64,000 nucleotides of DNA from Ostreococcus lucimarinus (taxonomy: Eukaryota): assembly GCA_000092065.1 (NCBI GenBank), contig CP000591.1. One strand, written 5' to 3'. How positions within the stretch are numbered: the stretch's first letter is position 1; the number at the start of each line of letters is the position of its first letter. This document shows positions 11,201-19,439 of the stretch, in pieces. The position numbers were made by a program, and so were the translations under genes. Under the pieces are notes generated by a model, which did no database searches, was not told where the DNA came from, and saw only the letters and a program-made list of their open reading frames with translations.

Positions 11201-12258
11201 ATGAGCGCTTGCTCGTTCGGCACGTTCCAAACGATGAACGGGCCTTTGTACTCGGGCTTTGGCGTGTACTCGAAATCTTCTACGTCCTCGCTCACGATTT
11301 CACGGTTGATTATCAAATACCCTTGGCCGTCCAACATGTACGAAATCATAAACACCTGGTCGTGCTCGGCGTCTGGAAACTTTAACGGAAGCTTGGTGGT
11401 TTCGATATCGAACGCGCACACGCGAACTTCACCGCGATCTAACATTTGCTCTTGCAACGTCAGCGTCACCGCGCCGTGCTCGGCGCGCACGCTGTACCAT
11501 TTCCCGCATCGCACGTCGGTGTCGATCATGTATCTCATGTGATACGGCACGTCGTACTCGCGAATGTCAATCATCGCCTCTTCGTAATCCGTCAACGCCT
11601 TCTTCTTCGGCTTGATCCCCGCGTCCAGGCTTTCCTGGTGCGACAACGCTTCGTACGCCGCCGCCGCGGACGATTTCTTCTTATTCTTGGACACTATGGG
11701 CAAGATTTCTCTGCGCACGTCCATGAGCTCTTGCGTCGTCGCGAACGAAACCTTCAAATACGTCTGCTGCAATCCGCTCAGGTGATTCTTCAAATCCAAA
11801 TCCTCCTTATCCACCATCTCCACGTCCAGCACTTGTTCGCCGTATTTCCTCCTCAACAGCGCCTCCACCTCGTGCTCGCACCCAGTCTTCGTGGCGAGAT
11901 AGAAGTACGGCGCGTACTTGACCTGCGCCTTGAACGTCGACCCGTCCTGCGCCATAAAGTAACAATTCACCGCCGCGTACGCCTTCCCGCTCTCCTTATC
12001 CTCCACTTGCGTGCTGCTCGCATTTATCATCCACCCGATTCGATCCTCCCCGTCCACGTGCGTCCCGAATCCGAGCTCCTTCTGCAGCGCGTCCTCCTCC
12101 GCCGCGACTTGCGCCTTCGTTCGTCCATCCGCGCCCGCGCCGCCGCCGCCGCCGCGTCCACCGCCGCCGCCGCGCCATCGCGCGCCGCGCGCTTCTCCGT
12201 ACAGATTCGCCTTATTCCCCGTCGTTCCACTGAACGCGGGCTTTCGCGCGGGCGCCAT
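5287..12258 (-). CDS. POLE: DNA polymerase epsilon catalytic subunit A
   Basis: 2323-aa uninterrupted ORF; exonuclease motifs (FDIETTKLPLKFPD), family-B polymerase motifs (DTDGIWC region, YGDTDS-like), C-terminal Cys-rich zinc-finger modules (CSACSDCRDLDLC... CGQPYD). Confidence 0.95.
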   Translation of the reverse strand: MAPARKPAFSGTTGNKANLYGEARGARWRGGGGGRGGGGGAGADGRTKAQVAAEEDALQKELGFGTHVDGEDRIGWMINASSTQVEDKESGKAYAAVNCYFMAQDGSTFKAQVKYAPYFYLATKTGCEHEVEALLRRKYGEQVLDVEMVDKEDLDLKNHLSGLQQTYLKVSFATTQELMDVRREILPIVSKNKKKSSAAAAYEALSHQESLDAGIKPKKKALTDYEEAMIDIREYDVPYHMRYMIDTDVRCGKWYSVRAEHGAVTLTLQEQMLDRGEVRVCAFDIETTKLPLKFPDAEHDQVFMISYMLDGQGYLIINREIVSEDVEDFEYTPKPEYKGPFIVWNVPNEQALIRTWFDHMRETQPSIYVTYNGDYFDFPFIETRATKNGMDMYREIGFKCEQSGECRSNSALHLDCFAWVKRDSYLPAGSHGLKAVTKAKLKYDPVEVDPEDMLPYAQSHPQMMASYSVSDAVSTYYLYMKYVHPFIFALSTIIPLSPDEVLRKGSGTLCEALLMVEAYHGNIVCPNKQVSAGEKYYEGHLLNSETYIGGHVECLEAGVFRSDIPCDFKLNPEGYQRLLDNLDDDLDYALRVEGKGLGKDDCADYDEIRAQIAEKLEYLRDNPNLNMEPLIYHLDVAAMYPNIILTNRLQPAAIVNEDVCAACDYNRPGKGCLREMEWVWRGEHFASTSSEYAAIKAQLQVDKFAPSHPGGPQRTWAELPYEEQQEQKKQRLKLYTQKVYRKVMEKPVTATKKASICMRENPFYIDTVKAFRDRRYVYKGENKKWKNNLDEAKQSGNIIEIQKAANMVVLYDSLQLAHKCILNSFYGYVMRKGARWYSMEMAGVVTNTGAKIIQMAKQLVDDIGKPLELDTDGIWCCLPRAFPETFTFTLPNKNKGYKISYPCVVLNRMTALQNTNDQYQTLKVVDGKSSYEVSSEMSIEFEVDGPYKAMILPASKEEGVLIKKRYAVFNEDGSLEELKGFELKRRGELKLIKVFQAEVFDYFLKGETLEEVYKAVGNIGNRWFDMLKTQGRNFDDEELLEFISESSVMSKPAIDYGDRKSTSLTTAHRLSQFLGADLIKDKGLVCKYIISKKPLGAPTSARAIPVSIFNAETAVARAYLKEWTKDALPGADDEMPNMREMVDWEYYKTRLAGAIQKIISIPAALQGVENPCPDVKHPDWLHKRIREKNDKFSQRNLKTMFQTQFANGAPLAGKDLNILDIEDGGAKSTPTRPRVRTFRRDGDAPQTPDQRATPSGEAPKTPGSASASAAAPDRATDYDGWLKHYKSKWKTLRANIKRERVEDEKERAQIEREGGVMRRKRRSGAFGLESFVESREETIAHSTMHIIQVEQTQVPGIFAVWVLVNGTMQVIKVDVPRRLVIATRETDREGDLGLEGKRRITATLPRGFIAPHLYEINVQERNFASGLEIAALLADPSVIGVYEKNVPLIDRFIYNIGCVMAVKKSEQKRALDIGDESYGMNMFQMKATAEVSSYLPKLSHITFYFAGVSGDKGRGIYVLHNSRESKGTVIVHQPGKGVREVTPELWSSFMHSMSGDEQTDDEARAEAASKWNVLYARNMEQVGKHLNHAIGAYISASSGGTVLLVQAPPGAGVDPAQDTSSVREGLAGRLSALMPASGRLPIVFRPPNLSDSDLSTDAARGWQLDAAKIASARVVESAEWLKEHVEIASYAHIPVGNLKSDWWVHTADAFFARTLHDAEQVLWTGPGGEPDLGGGASAVSLSGLDDAYGASRMEVTAPGAYRSVCVELQVHHLAVCAISKSSILNDLEQGALLGFETGTKGTTRMGGHEAAGAFKTLNKLVDNWLRDATDHHNTYADQLLSQIHRWLFSPSSALRDPALKNLVELCMKKVFTLLLAELRKLQVEVVYADMRRIIIATGKHDLASASACVEGLKTALHQRELFSWLQLDRVKQWHSLLFRGPFDYAGISAVNLPGESQWHDSIAPHDSQLDPLATRNSEGALDMHWNIARFLPEAIQDHFHAIIGEFLLLPWKHDKEESDGPLHGRTPVKYRAMSDSDDSDEENSDSDVGAPVEKKPPPTPGFGHNARDLDRLEEDKVIWLEQQLESHFGPKLLRYAQDIQRVLGLAGPRSPPEHQFPSPPGANLSKKLRGTPALAFVRTVIAVLSLDARVEGPVSLLRRNALKMIQVAEFSPEAEFVEPCVSFTLRDVICSACSDCRDLDLCRDPDLAAGHWACTARDDDHGPPCGQPYDMQWIEGALVAEVNERVRKYQLQDLKCARDGRIKVGHLANRCACGGLYACSAKPGALGDDLRVFSNIADAHDFKILRDTVDWVQSNRNVATTRG

Positions 12259-12512
12259 CGCGATCGCGCGTCCGGCTGTCGCGCGCGTCGAATCAGATTC
12301 AAATCCAATCGATTCGAATCGCCCCTCGTTCGCGCGCCCGGCGTCGCGCGTCCGTCTCGCGTCCGTCGATCGACGCGCGCGTCGATCGCGGCGCGCGTCG
12401 CGTCGATTCGAGGCGCGGCGTCGACGCGTCGCGCTGTGCCGCGCGCGCGTCCGCGCGTTTTCGAGGATTTTGAATCCATGAACCCGCGCGACGGTTCAGG
12501 ACTCGTCGATGG

Positions 12513-13106
12513 GTGGGGGTCGACATCGCGTCGGCGCCCGTCGGCGGCACGACGACGCGCGCGATGCGACGCGCGCTCGCGGCGGCGACGCGCGACGCGA
12601 CGCGACGCGGTGCCGACGCGACGCGCGCGCGACGCGCGTCGGCGTCGCGAGCGCGCGACGGTGAAGGATTTTGGCGCCGCGCGGACGACGACGGCGGATT
12701 CCACGACGCGATGCCGCGCGCGCCGACGTGGTCGACGGCCGCGCTCGCGGGCGACGAGCGCGAGCGCGAGGACGACGACGCGCGCGACGACGAACTGGGA
12801 CGCGCGGCGGCGCTGGCGGTGACGGGAATGGGTGAGGGACGCGCGAGGGAGGCGTTCGCGAGGGACGTCGCGGGCGCGCTGCGGTTCGCGCGGGCGCTGG
12901 AGCGCGTGCGCGCGGACGGCGTGGAGAGAATGTGGACGACGGCGCACGGGGATGGGTTGAGGATGCGGTTCGACGGCGTCGCGCGGGTCGACGGGGAGGC
13001 GGGAGAGCGGGAGGCGGCGGCGGCGCCGCGCGAGCGGTTGTTGCGCGAGGCGAAGTACGCGCGAGGCGAATATTACGTCGCGCCGAGGAGTCGCGCGGTG
13101 GAGTAG
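12513..13106 (+). CDS. Hypothetical protein (possible small gene divergent from POLE); could be compositional artefact
   Basis: 197-aa ORF in the 0.9-kb spacer between POLE start and MFS stop; C-terminal part non-repetitive (RMWTTAHGDGLRMRFDG...YYVAPRSRAVE). Confidence 0.25.
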   Translation: MGVDIASAPVGGTTTRAMRRALAAATRDATRRGADATRARRASASRARDGEGFWRRADDDGGFHDAMPRAPTWSTAALAGDEREREDDDARDDELGRAAALAVTGMGEGRAREAFARDVAGALRFARALERVRADGVERMWTTAHGDGLRMRFDGVARVDGEAGEREAAAAPRERLLREAKYARGEYYVAPRSRAVE

Positions 13107-13195
13107 CGGATCGGTTATCGTAGTTCTAGAATGTAATTTATAGTTGATACAACAGCGACGCGACGCGGCTAGGGTGGACTAAAATCTAAAACGCG

Positions 13196-14673
13196 TCAAC
13201 TGATTTTCGCGGCGGCGGTTTGCGCCTTGCGACGAATCTCGCGCGCGGTGAAGTGGAACACGCCGCCGGATATCGTCAACAGCGCCGCGTTCACGCCCAG
13301 GGCGATGGGGATGCCGACTTCGTCCGCGAGCGCGCCGAGCGCGAGCGGGCCGAGGAGCAAACCGACGTCGCCGCACGTACGGTAAATCGCGAGCGCGCTG
13401 CCGCGAATGTTCTTGGGCGAAATATCCGCGGCGTACGCCGCGGGCGCGGTGCCCATCAAGCTTCCCGAGGCGGCCCAGAGAATAGACGCCGCGGTGAACG
13501 CCGTGGGATCGGTGGTGGTGCCCATGAGCGCGACCGACGCGGCCGAGGCGACGACGCACGGCGCGATGACGGCTTTGCGACCGACGGCGTCGGTGAGCGC
13601 GCTCGCCGGGCCGAGACCGAGCAACGACGTGACAGCCATGGCGGAAAACAGCGCGCCGAGCGATTCCGGCGTGAATCCAAAGTTTTGATACGCCAAGATG
13701 GGCAGCAGCGTCCCTCGACCGCCCGCGCCCGAGAAGAAGAGCGCCGCGTTCAAGCCGCACACGGCCCAGAAATCCATCGACTTGACGAGACGACCCATCG
13801 CCGCGTCTTGCGCCGTCGCGGGGTCCACCGCCGTCGTCGTCGCCGCGCCGTCGGGCGATTTCGTCTCCAACAGCTCGTACACCTGCCCGTCCCGATGCAC
13901 CACCGGTTTACCGAACTCATCCAACTCCAGGCACATCTTCGTGTCCTCGATCGGGTGCCCGTCGCAGTACCAGTGCTTGCTCGCCGCGAACTCCCTCTCG
14001 GGCTTTACCGACTCCGGTCGCGTCTCCTCGATCCTCGCGAACGAGTACACCGACGCGAACGAGCTCAGCGCCCCCACCGCGAGAAACGGCGATCGAATGC
14101 TCATCCCATCCGCCCCCGCGATGGCGCCTCCCAGCGCCGGTCCCGCCGCCGCGCCCGCCAGCACCGCCGCCTGATTCGCCCCCAGTATCCGCGCTCGCGT
14201 GTGCCGCGTCGACAGATCCGCCAGCATCGCCGTCGCGCCGCTCATGTACATCGAGCTCCCGATTCCCGCCACCGCCCGCGCGCACAGCAGCTCGCCCAGC
14301 CCCGTCGAGCAGTAGCTCCACGCCATGCCCGCCGTCGTCGCCGCCGGTCCCGCGATCATCAGCGGCCTGCGTCCGACCGCGTCGGCGTACCATCCGCACG
14401 GCAGGTTAAACAGCAACCTCCCCGCCGCGAACGCGGACATCGTCGCGCCGATCTCCGTCGCGTTCGCGCCGAATTCGCGCGCCAGCATCGGCAGCACCGG
14501 GCTCGCGCACGCGTGCCCGGACATGAGCGCCGCGCTCGTCAGGCACACCGACGCCACCGCGGCGTGGTCGCGCGCGAAGGCGTACGCGACGCCCGAGGGC
14601 GCGGACGCGTCGCGCGCGGACGCGGCGCGCGCGTCGGTGGATTCGCGCGAACCGGCGTCGTCCGCGCTCGGTC

Positions 14674-14728
<55 letters not shown>

Positions 14729-14808
14729 CGCGCGCGACGGCGCGGTGCGCGACGCCGCGGCGCGCGCGAGGACGCGCGCGCGACGACGCGCGAGGGCGAG
14801 CGACGCCA
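13196..14808 (-). CDS. Major facilitator superfamily transporter with organellar-type presequence containing poly-Ser tract (ORF-track extension to 15676 rejected)
   Basis: 12-TM-like hydrophobic pattern, MFS motif GWYADAVGRRPLMIAG; start placed at Met of MASLALARRRARVL (minus-strand ATG at 14808). Confidence 0.75.
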
Positions 14809-14914
14809 TGTGCGGCGACGACGAGACGAGACGACGTAACACCTCAAACCGACAGATCGCGACGGCGCGAGACGCGACGGAGGGCGCGCGCGACGCGAAA
14901 ACGGAGCGCGCGCG

Positions 14915-15943
14915 ATGACGGAGACGATGCGCGCGGACGACGCGCGCGACGCGACGCGAACGGCGCGACGAAGCGCGAAAGAGGCGGATGAAGACGGCGC
15001 GGGGGAGAATCAAGAAAATCGAGAGCCGACGCGCGGGACGACGAACGACGCGCGAACGGTGCGGAAAGCGCCGCGATCGATGGTCGTGCGCGAGGACGCG
15101 TCGAGCGAGGAAGACGGCGCGGACGGCGCGGGAGGGATGGGGCGCGAGGAGGGGATGGTGGGGACGACGACGCGCGCGGACGCGAGCGGGACGACGGCGA
15201 GGACGGCGAAGGGCGAACGACGAGGGGTGGCGTTTTTTGATTTGGATCACACGATCATCGACGTGAACTCGTCGTGGTTGTGGGTGAAGAGCGAGATCAA
15301 TTCGGGACGGGTGGGGATGTCGTTGATCGGGACGGCGTTGTATTGGTTTTCGAGGTACGCGTTTGGGTACGGAGACGGCGCGGAGACGGCGGGGAGGGAC
15401 GCGGCGTCGATTTACAGGGGCGAAGACGAGCGGATGTTTCGGGAACGCATCACAGAGTTTTTTCGGATGGAGCTCGCGCATCGCACGCGCCCGGGGTTCA
15501 AAGCCGTGCTGGAGGCGCACAAGGCGAACGGCGAGCGATGCGTCATGTGCACGTCGACGTGGCAACATCCCGCCGCCATCGGGGCGGAGATTTACGGTTT
15601 GGAGACGGGCGAGGCGAACGTGGTGTCGAGCATCATGGGCGTGGACGAGGATGGTTTGATGGACGGCACGATTCAAGTCGTCGCGTACGGCGACGGCAAA
15701 TACGAGACGACGAAGAAGTGGTGCGAACTCAACGGCGTGGATTTGAAGGAGTGTTACTTTTACACCGATTCCATGTCCGACGTGAAGCTTTTAGAAAACG
15801 TGGGGTACCCGGTGTGCGTCAACGCAGACGCGCGCTTGAAGAAGCACGCCGCCGAAAGGGGGTGGCCCACCGTCGACTGGGGGATGTCGGATTCAGGTAT
15901 GAAAAAGCCGAGATACGGCGCGTGTCTCTCTTGTAGCGCGTAA
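14915..15943 (+). CDS. HAD-superfamily hydrolase (phosphoserine-phosphatase-like subfamily); start uncertain (N-terminal 100 aa low complexity)
   Basis: HAD motif I FFDLDHTIID, downstream motifs consistent with HAD-IB; ends at stop at 15941-15943. Confidence 0.7.
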   Translation: MTETMRADDARDATRTARRSAKEADEDGAGENQENREPTRGTTNDARTVRKAPRSMVVREDASSEEDGADGAGGMGREEGMVGTTTRADASGTTARTAKGERRGVAFFDLDHTIIDVNSSWLWVKSEINSGRVGMSLIGTALYWFSRYAFGYGDGAETAGRDAASIYRGEDERMFRERITEFFRMELAHRTRPGFKAVLEAHKANGERCVMCTSTWQHPAAIGAEIYGLETGEANVVSSIMGVDEDGLMDGTIQVVAYGDGKYETTKKWCELNGVDLKECYFYTDSMSDVKLLENVGYPVCVNADARLKKHAAERGWPTVDWGMSDSGMKKPRYGACLSCSA

Positions 15944-16026
15944 TCGTCGTCGACGTCAGACGCATTGCCTTTGCGTTGCTGTGATTTGTTGTAACACAAA
16001 TAATTTACACATAATTTCTTCTTCTA

Positions 16027-16767
16027 TCACCACAGCGCGTGCGAGCGCAAATTCCTCACCGTCGCGTACTTCTGCTCGTCGAGACTCGTCGTCGCGCCCG
16101 CCGCGGGTTGATTTTCGACAAAGGAGCCGTACTCGCTCGCCGGCGGTTCGTACCAATCGCGCATGTGCCTCGGTAATTCACTGCGTCCGTATTCAAAAAA
16201 CTCTCCTTCGTCGTCCTCGTCGTCGTCGAACTCCTCGAAAACCTCGCCCGCCGGCGCCTCCGGCATCGCGTACGCCGCCTCCGGCGACGCGTACGCCGCC
16301 TCCGGCGACGCCTCCCGTCTCGTCCTCCCCCCAGCCAACGACTTCAACCGCGCCACCTCCCGCGCGCTCAGCGCCTCGCCCCTTTGCTCTCTCGCTCTTC
16401 GTTTCAGCTCCATCACGTCGTCGTGCGCCAAATGTTCGCCCACCTCCAGCGCCGTCGCCGCCTCGTTCGCCAGCCGCGACCTCCCTTCGTCCGCCCCTCC
16501 CGCGCCCGCGTGCGCGAGCACGTCGTCCAGGTGCGACTCCAGGTGCGCGCACAGTCGTTTATTTCGCTTCGCCTCCGCGCCGGGCCTCGGCGCGGGCTCG
16601 ACGCCCGCGCGCACGCGCGCCCAGTACTCGAGCACGGCGTCGTCGTCCTCGCGCGCGCGGTCGCGACGCGCGAGCGCGCCGCGCGCGCTCGAGGCGCTGG
16701 CGGTGATGAAAGGCGCGGGATTGCGCATGTCGTCGAACGCGCGCGCCTCGAGGACGACCGCGAACAC
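16027..16767 (-). CDS. Hypothetical acidic protein
   Basis: 246-aa ORF with non-repetitive N-terminal region and acidic tail (EEFDDDEDDEGEFFEY); competing plus-strand ORFs are Pro/Arg-rich low complexity. Confidence 0.35.
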   Translation of the reverse strand: MFAVVLEARAFDDMRNPAPFITASASSARGALARRDRAREDDDAVLEYWARVRAGVEPAPRPGAEAKRNKRLCAHLESHLDDVLAHAGAGGADEGRSRLANEAATALEVGEHLAHDDVMELKRRAREQRGEALSAREVARLKSLAGGRTRREASPEAAYASPEAAYAMPEAPAGEVFEEFDDDEDDEGEFFEYGRSELPRHMRDWYEPPASEYGSFVENQPAAGATTSLDEQKYATVRNLRSHALW

Positions 16768-17631
16768 GAGGCGAAGAGTGCGGACGCGATCGAGACGACG
16801 CGACGTAACGGCTCAAATCCGAGCGCGCGCGGGACGCGAGCGCGCCTCGCGCGCGTCCGCCGCTCGACGCGAGACGCTCAAACGAGAAGGAAAAACTACG
16901 CGACCGCTCGATCACAACTCGCAAAAATAAAAATAAACGCCTCGCTCACGCCGGAGGCGCGTCGACGCCCGCGCGGCGCAGCGCGTCCGCCATCGCGTCG
17001 GCGCGCGCGCGCGCGCGCCGAGCCTCCGCGAGCTCGATCCTCGCCCGCGCCTGCGACCGCGCGAGCGCGCGTCGCGCGCCCTCTAAAGTGGATTCATCGT
17101 CGTCGGCTTCCGAAGCGCTCGCGTCGAGCGCCTCCCGCGACGCGTCCGTCGTCGCGCTCGCGTCGTCCGTCGCCGGCGCGTCCGGCGGCGGCGTCCCGGA
17201 GCGCGCGCACGCCTCCGCCAGCGTCCGAGCGCGCGCGAGTTCCCGCTCGAGACTCGCGCGAATTTCCGCGGCGATCTCTCGCGATCGCGTCAACTTCGCC
17301 CGCGTCTCGTCCGCCTGTCGGTTCGCCGTCGGTTCGCCGCGCCGTCAGTCGCCGACCGTCGCGTCGTCGCGTCGGCGTTCGCGCGCGCGCATCGCGTCGC
17401 GCGCGCGTCGCGAAGCCGTCGCGCGCACCGTCATGGACTCGAACGCGCGCGCGTCGCCCGCGGCCGCCGCTTTCAAGCGCGCGATCGTCGCGCGCGCGTC
17501 GCCCATCGCGCCGCCGTCTGTCGGCGGCGTGGCGCTCGACACCCGGGAGTGAAAATTTGAAATTCGTCGCGAGCTGTCGCGCGGGAACTCGCGACGTCGG
17601 AACGCGACGCGCGCGCGCGAGCGAGCGAGCG

Positions 17632-18138
17632 ATGCGGACGACCGCGCGCGCGATGCGCGTCGCGACGGTGCGCGTCGCGACGACCCGACCGTCGCGCGCG
17701 CGCGCGATCCCGAAGTCGCGAACGCGCGCGCACCGACGAACGACGACGCGCGCGACGGGCGACGAGACGACGTACGACGACGCGCATCGCGTGCGCGTGA
17801 CGGCGTCGCACGACGAGACGGTGTTCGTGTACGAGTTCGACGCCGAACCGACGGCGACGGTGGACGAGGCGACGGCGCGCGACGCGACGGAGGATTGGAC
17901 GACGACGACGCGCGCCGTCGTCGAGGAGACGACGCGCGCGGTCGAGGAGACGGTCGCGGAGACGGTCGAGGAGACGATCGAGGCCGTCGTCGAGGCGGGG
18001 CGCAAGCCGGTGAGTAAGATGAAGAAGGCGGAGCTCGTGGCGTTGGCGGAGTCGCTCGGCGTCGACGCGACGGGCACCGTCGCCGCGCTTCGAGGTCGGC
18101 TCGGACCAGCCGTTCGCGGTCGCGCCGTCGCGAAGTGA
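17632..18138 (+). CDS. Small SAP-domain protein with organellar-like presequence (C-terminal part of 584-aa ORF-track entry)
   Basis: C-terminal SAP motif KMKKAELVALAESLGVDATGTVAALRGRL; start placed at Met of MRTTARAMRV in frame at 17632; upstream part of ORF is Arg/Pro-rich artefact. Confidence 0.5.
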   Translation: MRTTARAMRVATVRVATTRPSRARAIPKSRTRAHRRTTTRATGDETTYDDAHRVRVTASHDETVFVYEFDAEPTATVDEATARDATEDWTTTTRAVVEETTRAVEETVAETVEETIEAVVEAGRKPVSKMKKAELVALAESLGVDATGTVAALRGRLGPAVRGRAVAK

Positions 18139-18860
18139 TTCGCGATCGTTTTGTTTTCAAGCCTTAATTTTCACGCGCGATTAGCGACGATGTAACGCGC
18201 GCTCGATCGACGCCGCTCGCCTCTCGTCGTCGCGCGTTCGATTTCGCCAGCTGACAAACGCAAGATCAGCGCGCGCGCCGCACATCAGCGCGCGCGCGCC
18301 GCGCGCCATGCGCGCGACGACGACGCTGCGAGCGCGAGCGATCGATGCGCGCGCGAACCGCCGCTCGAGCGCGTCCACGAGGGCGAAACCGCGCGACATT
18401 CGTCGACATTCGTCGTCGGCGTCCGATGCGTCGAGCTCGACGTCGAAAGATCGCGCTCGAAAAGCGCCCGCGACGAACGGAGGCGGCGCGCGGTCGTTCG
18501 TGGGGGCGAGCTTTTACGCGGATCCCTACGACACGAAGGGCGCCGCCGCGCGCGGGATGCCGAGCGCGCGGGAGTTGAGCCAGAATGTTCGAAATTTGAG
18601 TGGGCCCATGAGCGGCGCGGCGAGGCGAGCGAAGGGGGCGATGCGACCGGGAAACGGCGGACGAGGCGCGAGGAACAGAGCCGATGACGTCATCGAACGA
18701 CGAAGGAAGATAGAGCGAGAGATGAAGAGTCAGATGGTGGAGAAAGAGGTGGAGTCGCTGGTGAAGAAACGGGTGCGCGCGCGAAGCGACGAAGGCGAAG
18801 CGACGGACGAGCGCTTTAAATCGTACGCGAGCGAAGACGAAGGACTGACGATGCGATGCG

Positions 18861-19334
18861 ATGAACGGTCGCGATGCGCAGGCTCGCCGAGCGTTAGACG
18901 TTGAGCGCATAGATTTGCGCGATGGAAGCATTCTGTTTAAATTTAAGGTGCAGAACGAACCCGCGGTGAGCGCGGAGGAGGAGCGTCTGTTGGCGATGGA
19001 GGTGGAAAAGCGTCTTTGGGGCGACACCAAAACGAATGATAACGTCATCGCTCGTTGGTTCATGACTGTGAAATACCTCGCGTCGACTCTGAGCTTCGAG
19101 AACGCCCTCGTATACGTCGCGACGACCCCATTCAGGATGGTTTTTTGGAGTCTGGCGTACGTCTTGCGCGCCGTCTTTTGGATCGTCACCGGTCGCTCGG
19201 GCGTCTCCGTTCGCGCCTCGGGACGCGCCAAGCGACAGTTACGGCAAATCAACACCGTCGTCACCACCGGTCCCGAGCGCGGGTTCAACCCTTTCGGGAG
19301 CGTGAAAAGCCGTCCGAACTGGCGCGCCGAATAA
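18861..19334 (+). CDS. Hypothetical small membrane protein
   Basis: 157-aa ORF in a locally lower-GC segment; non-repetitive sequence with predicted TM helices (FRMVFWSLAYVLRAVFWIVTG); no family recognised. Confidence 0.35.
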   Translation: MNGRDAQARRALDVERIDLRDGSILFKFKVQNEPAVSAEEERLLAMEVEKRLWGDTKTNDNVIARWFMTVKYLASTLSFENALVYVATTPFRMVFWSLAYVLRAVFWIVTGRSGVSVRASGRAKRQLRQINTVVTTGPERGFNPFGSVKSRPNWRAE

Positions 19335-19439
19335 GTTCGTTCGCGCGTCGCCCAGCCTCTCCATCCTTCGCCCTCGCGTTGTCTGTTGCGATACGTCTGA
19401 TTCCAACTCAACTCAAAACCTGCCTCACTCCGCGACGCC

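Noticed and set aside
16770-17630. Ala/Arg-rich ORFs on both strands (for example 16946-17293 minus, 17094-18077 minus, 16384-17630 plus)
   Set aside because: Pure GC-codon low complexity with mutually exclusive overlaps; cannot support any as a gene
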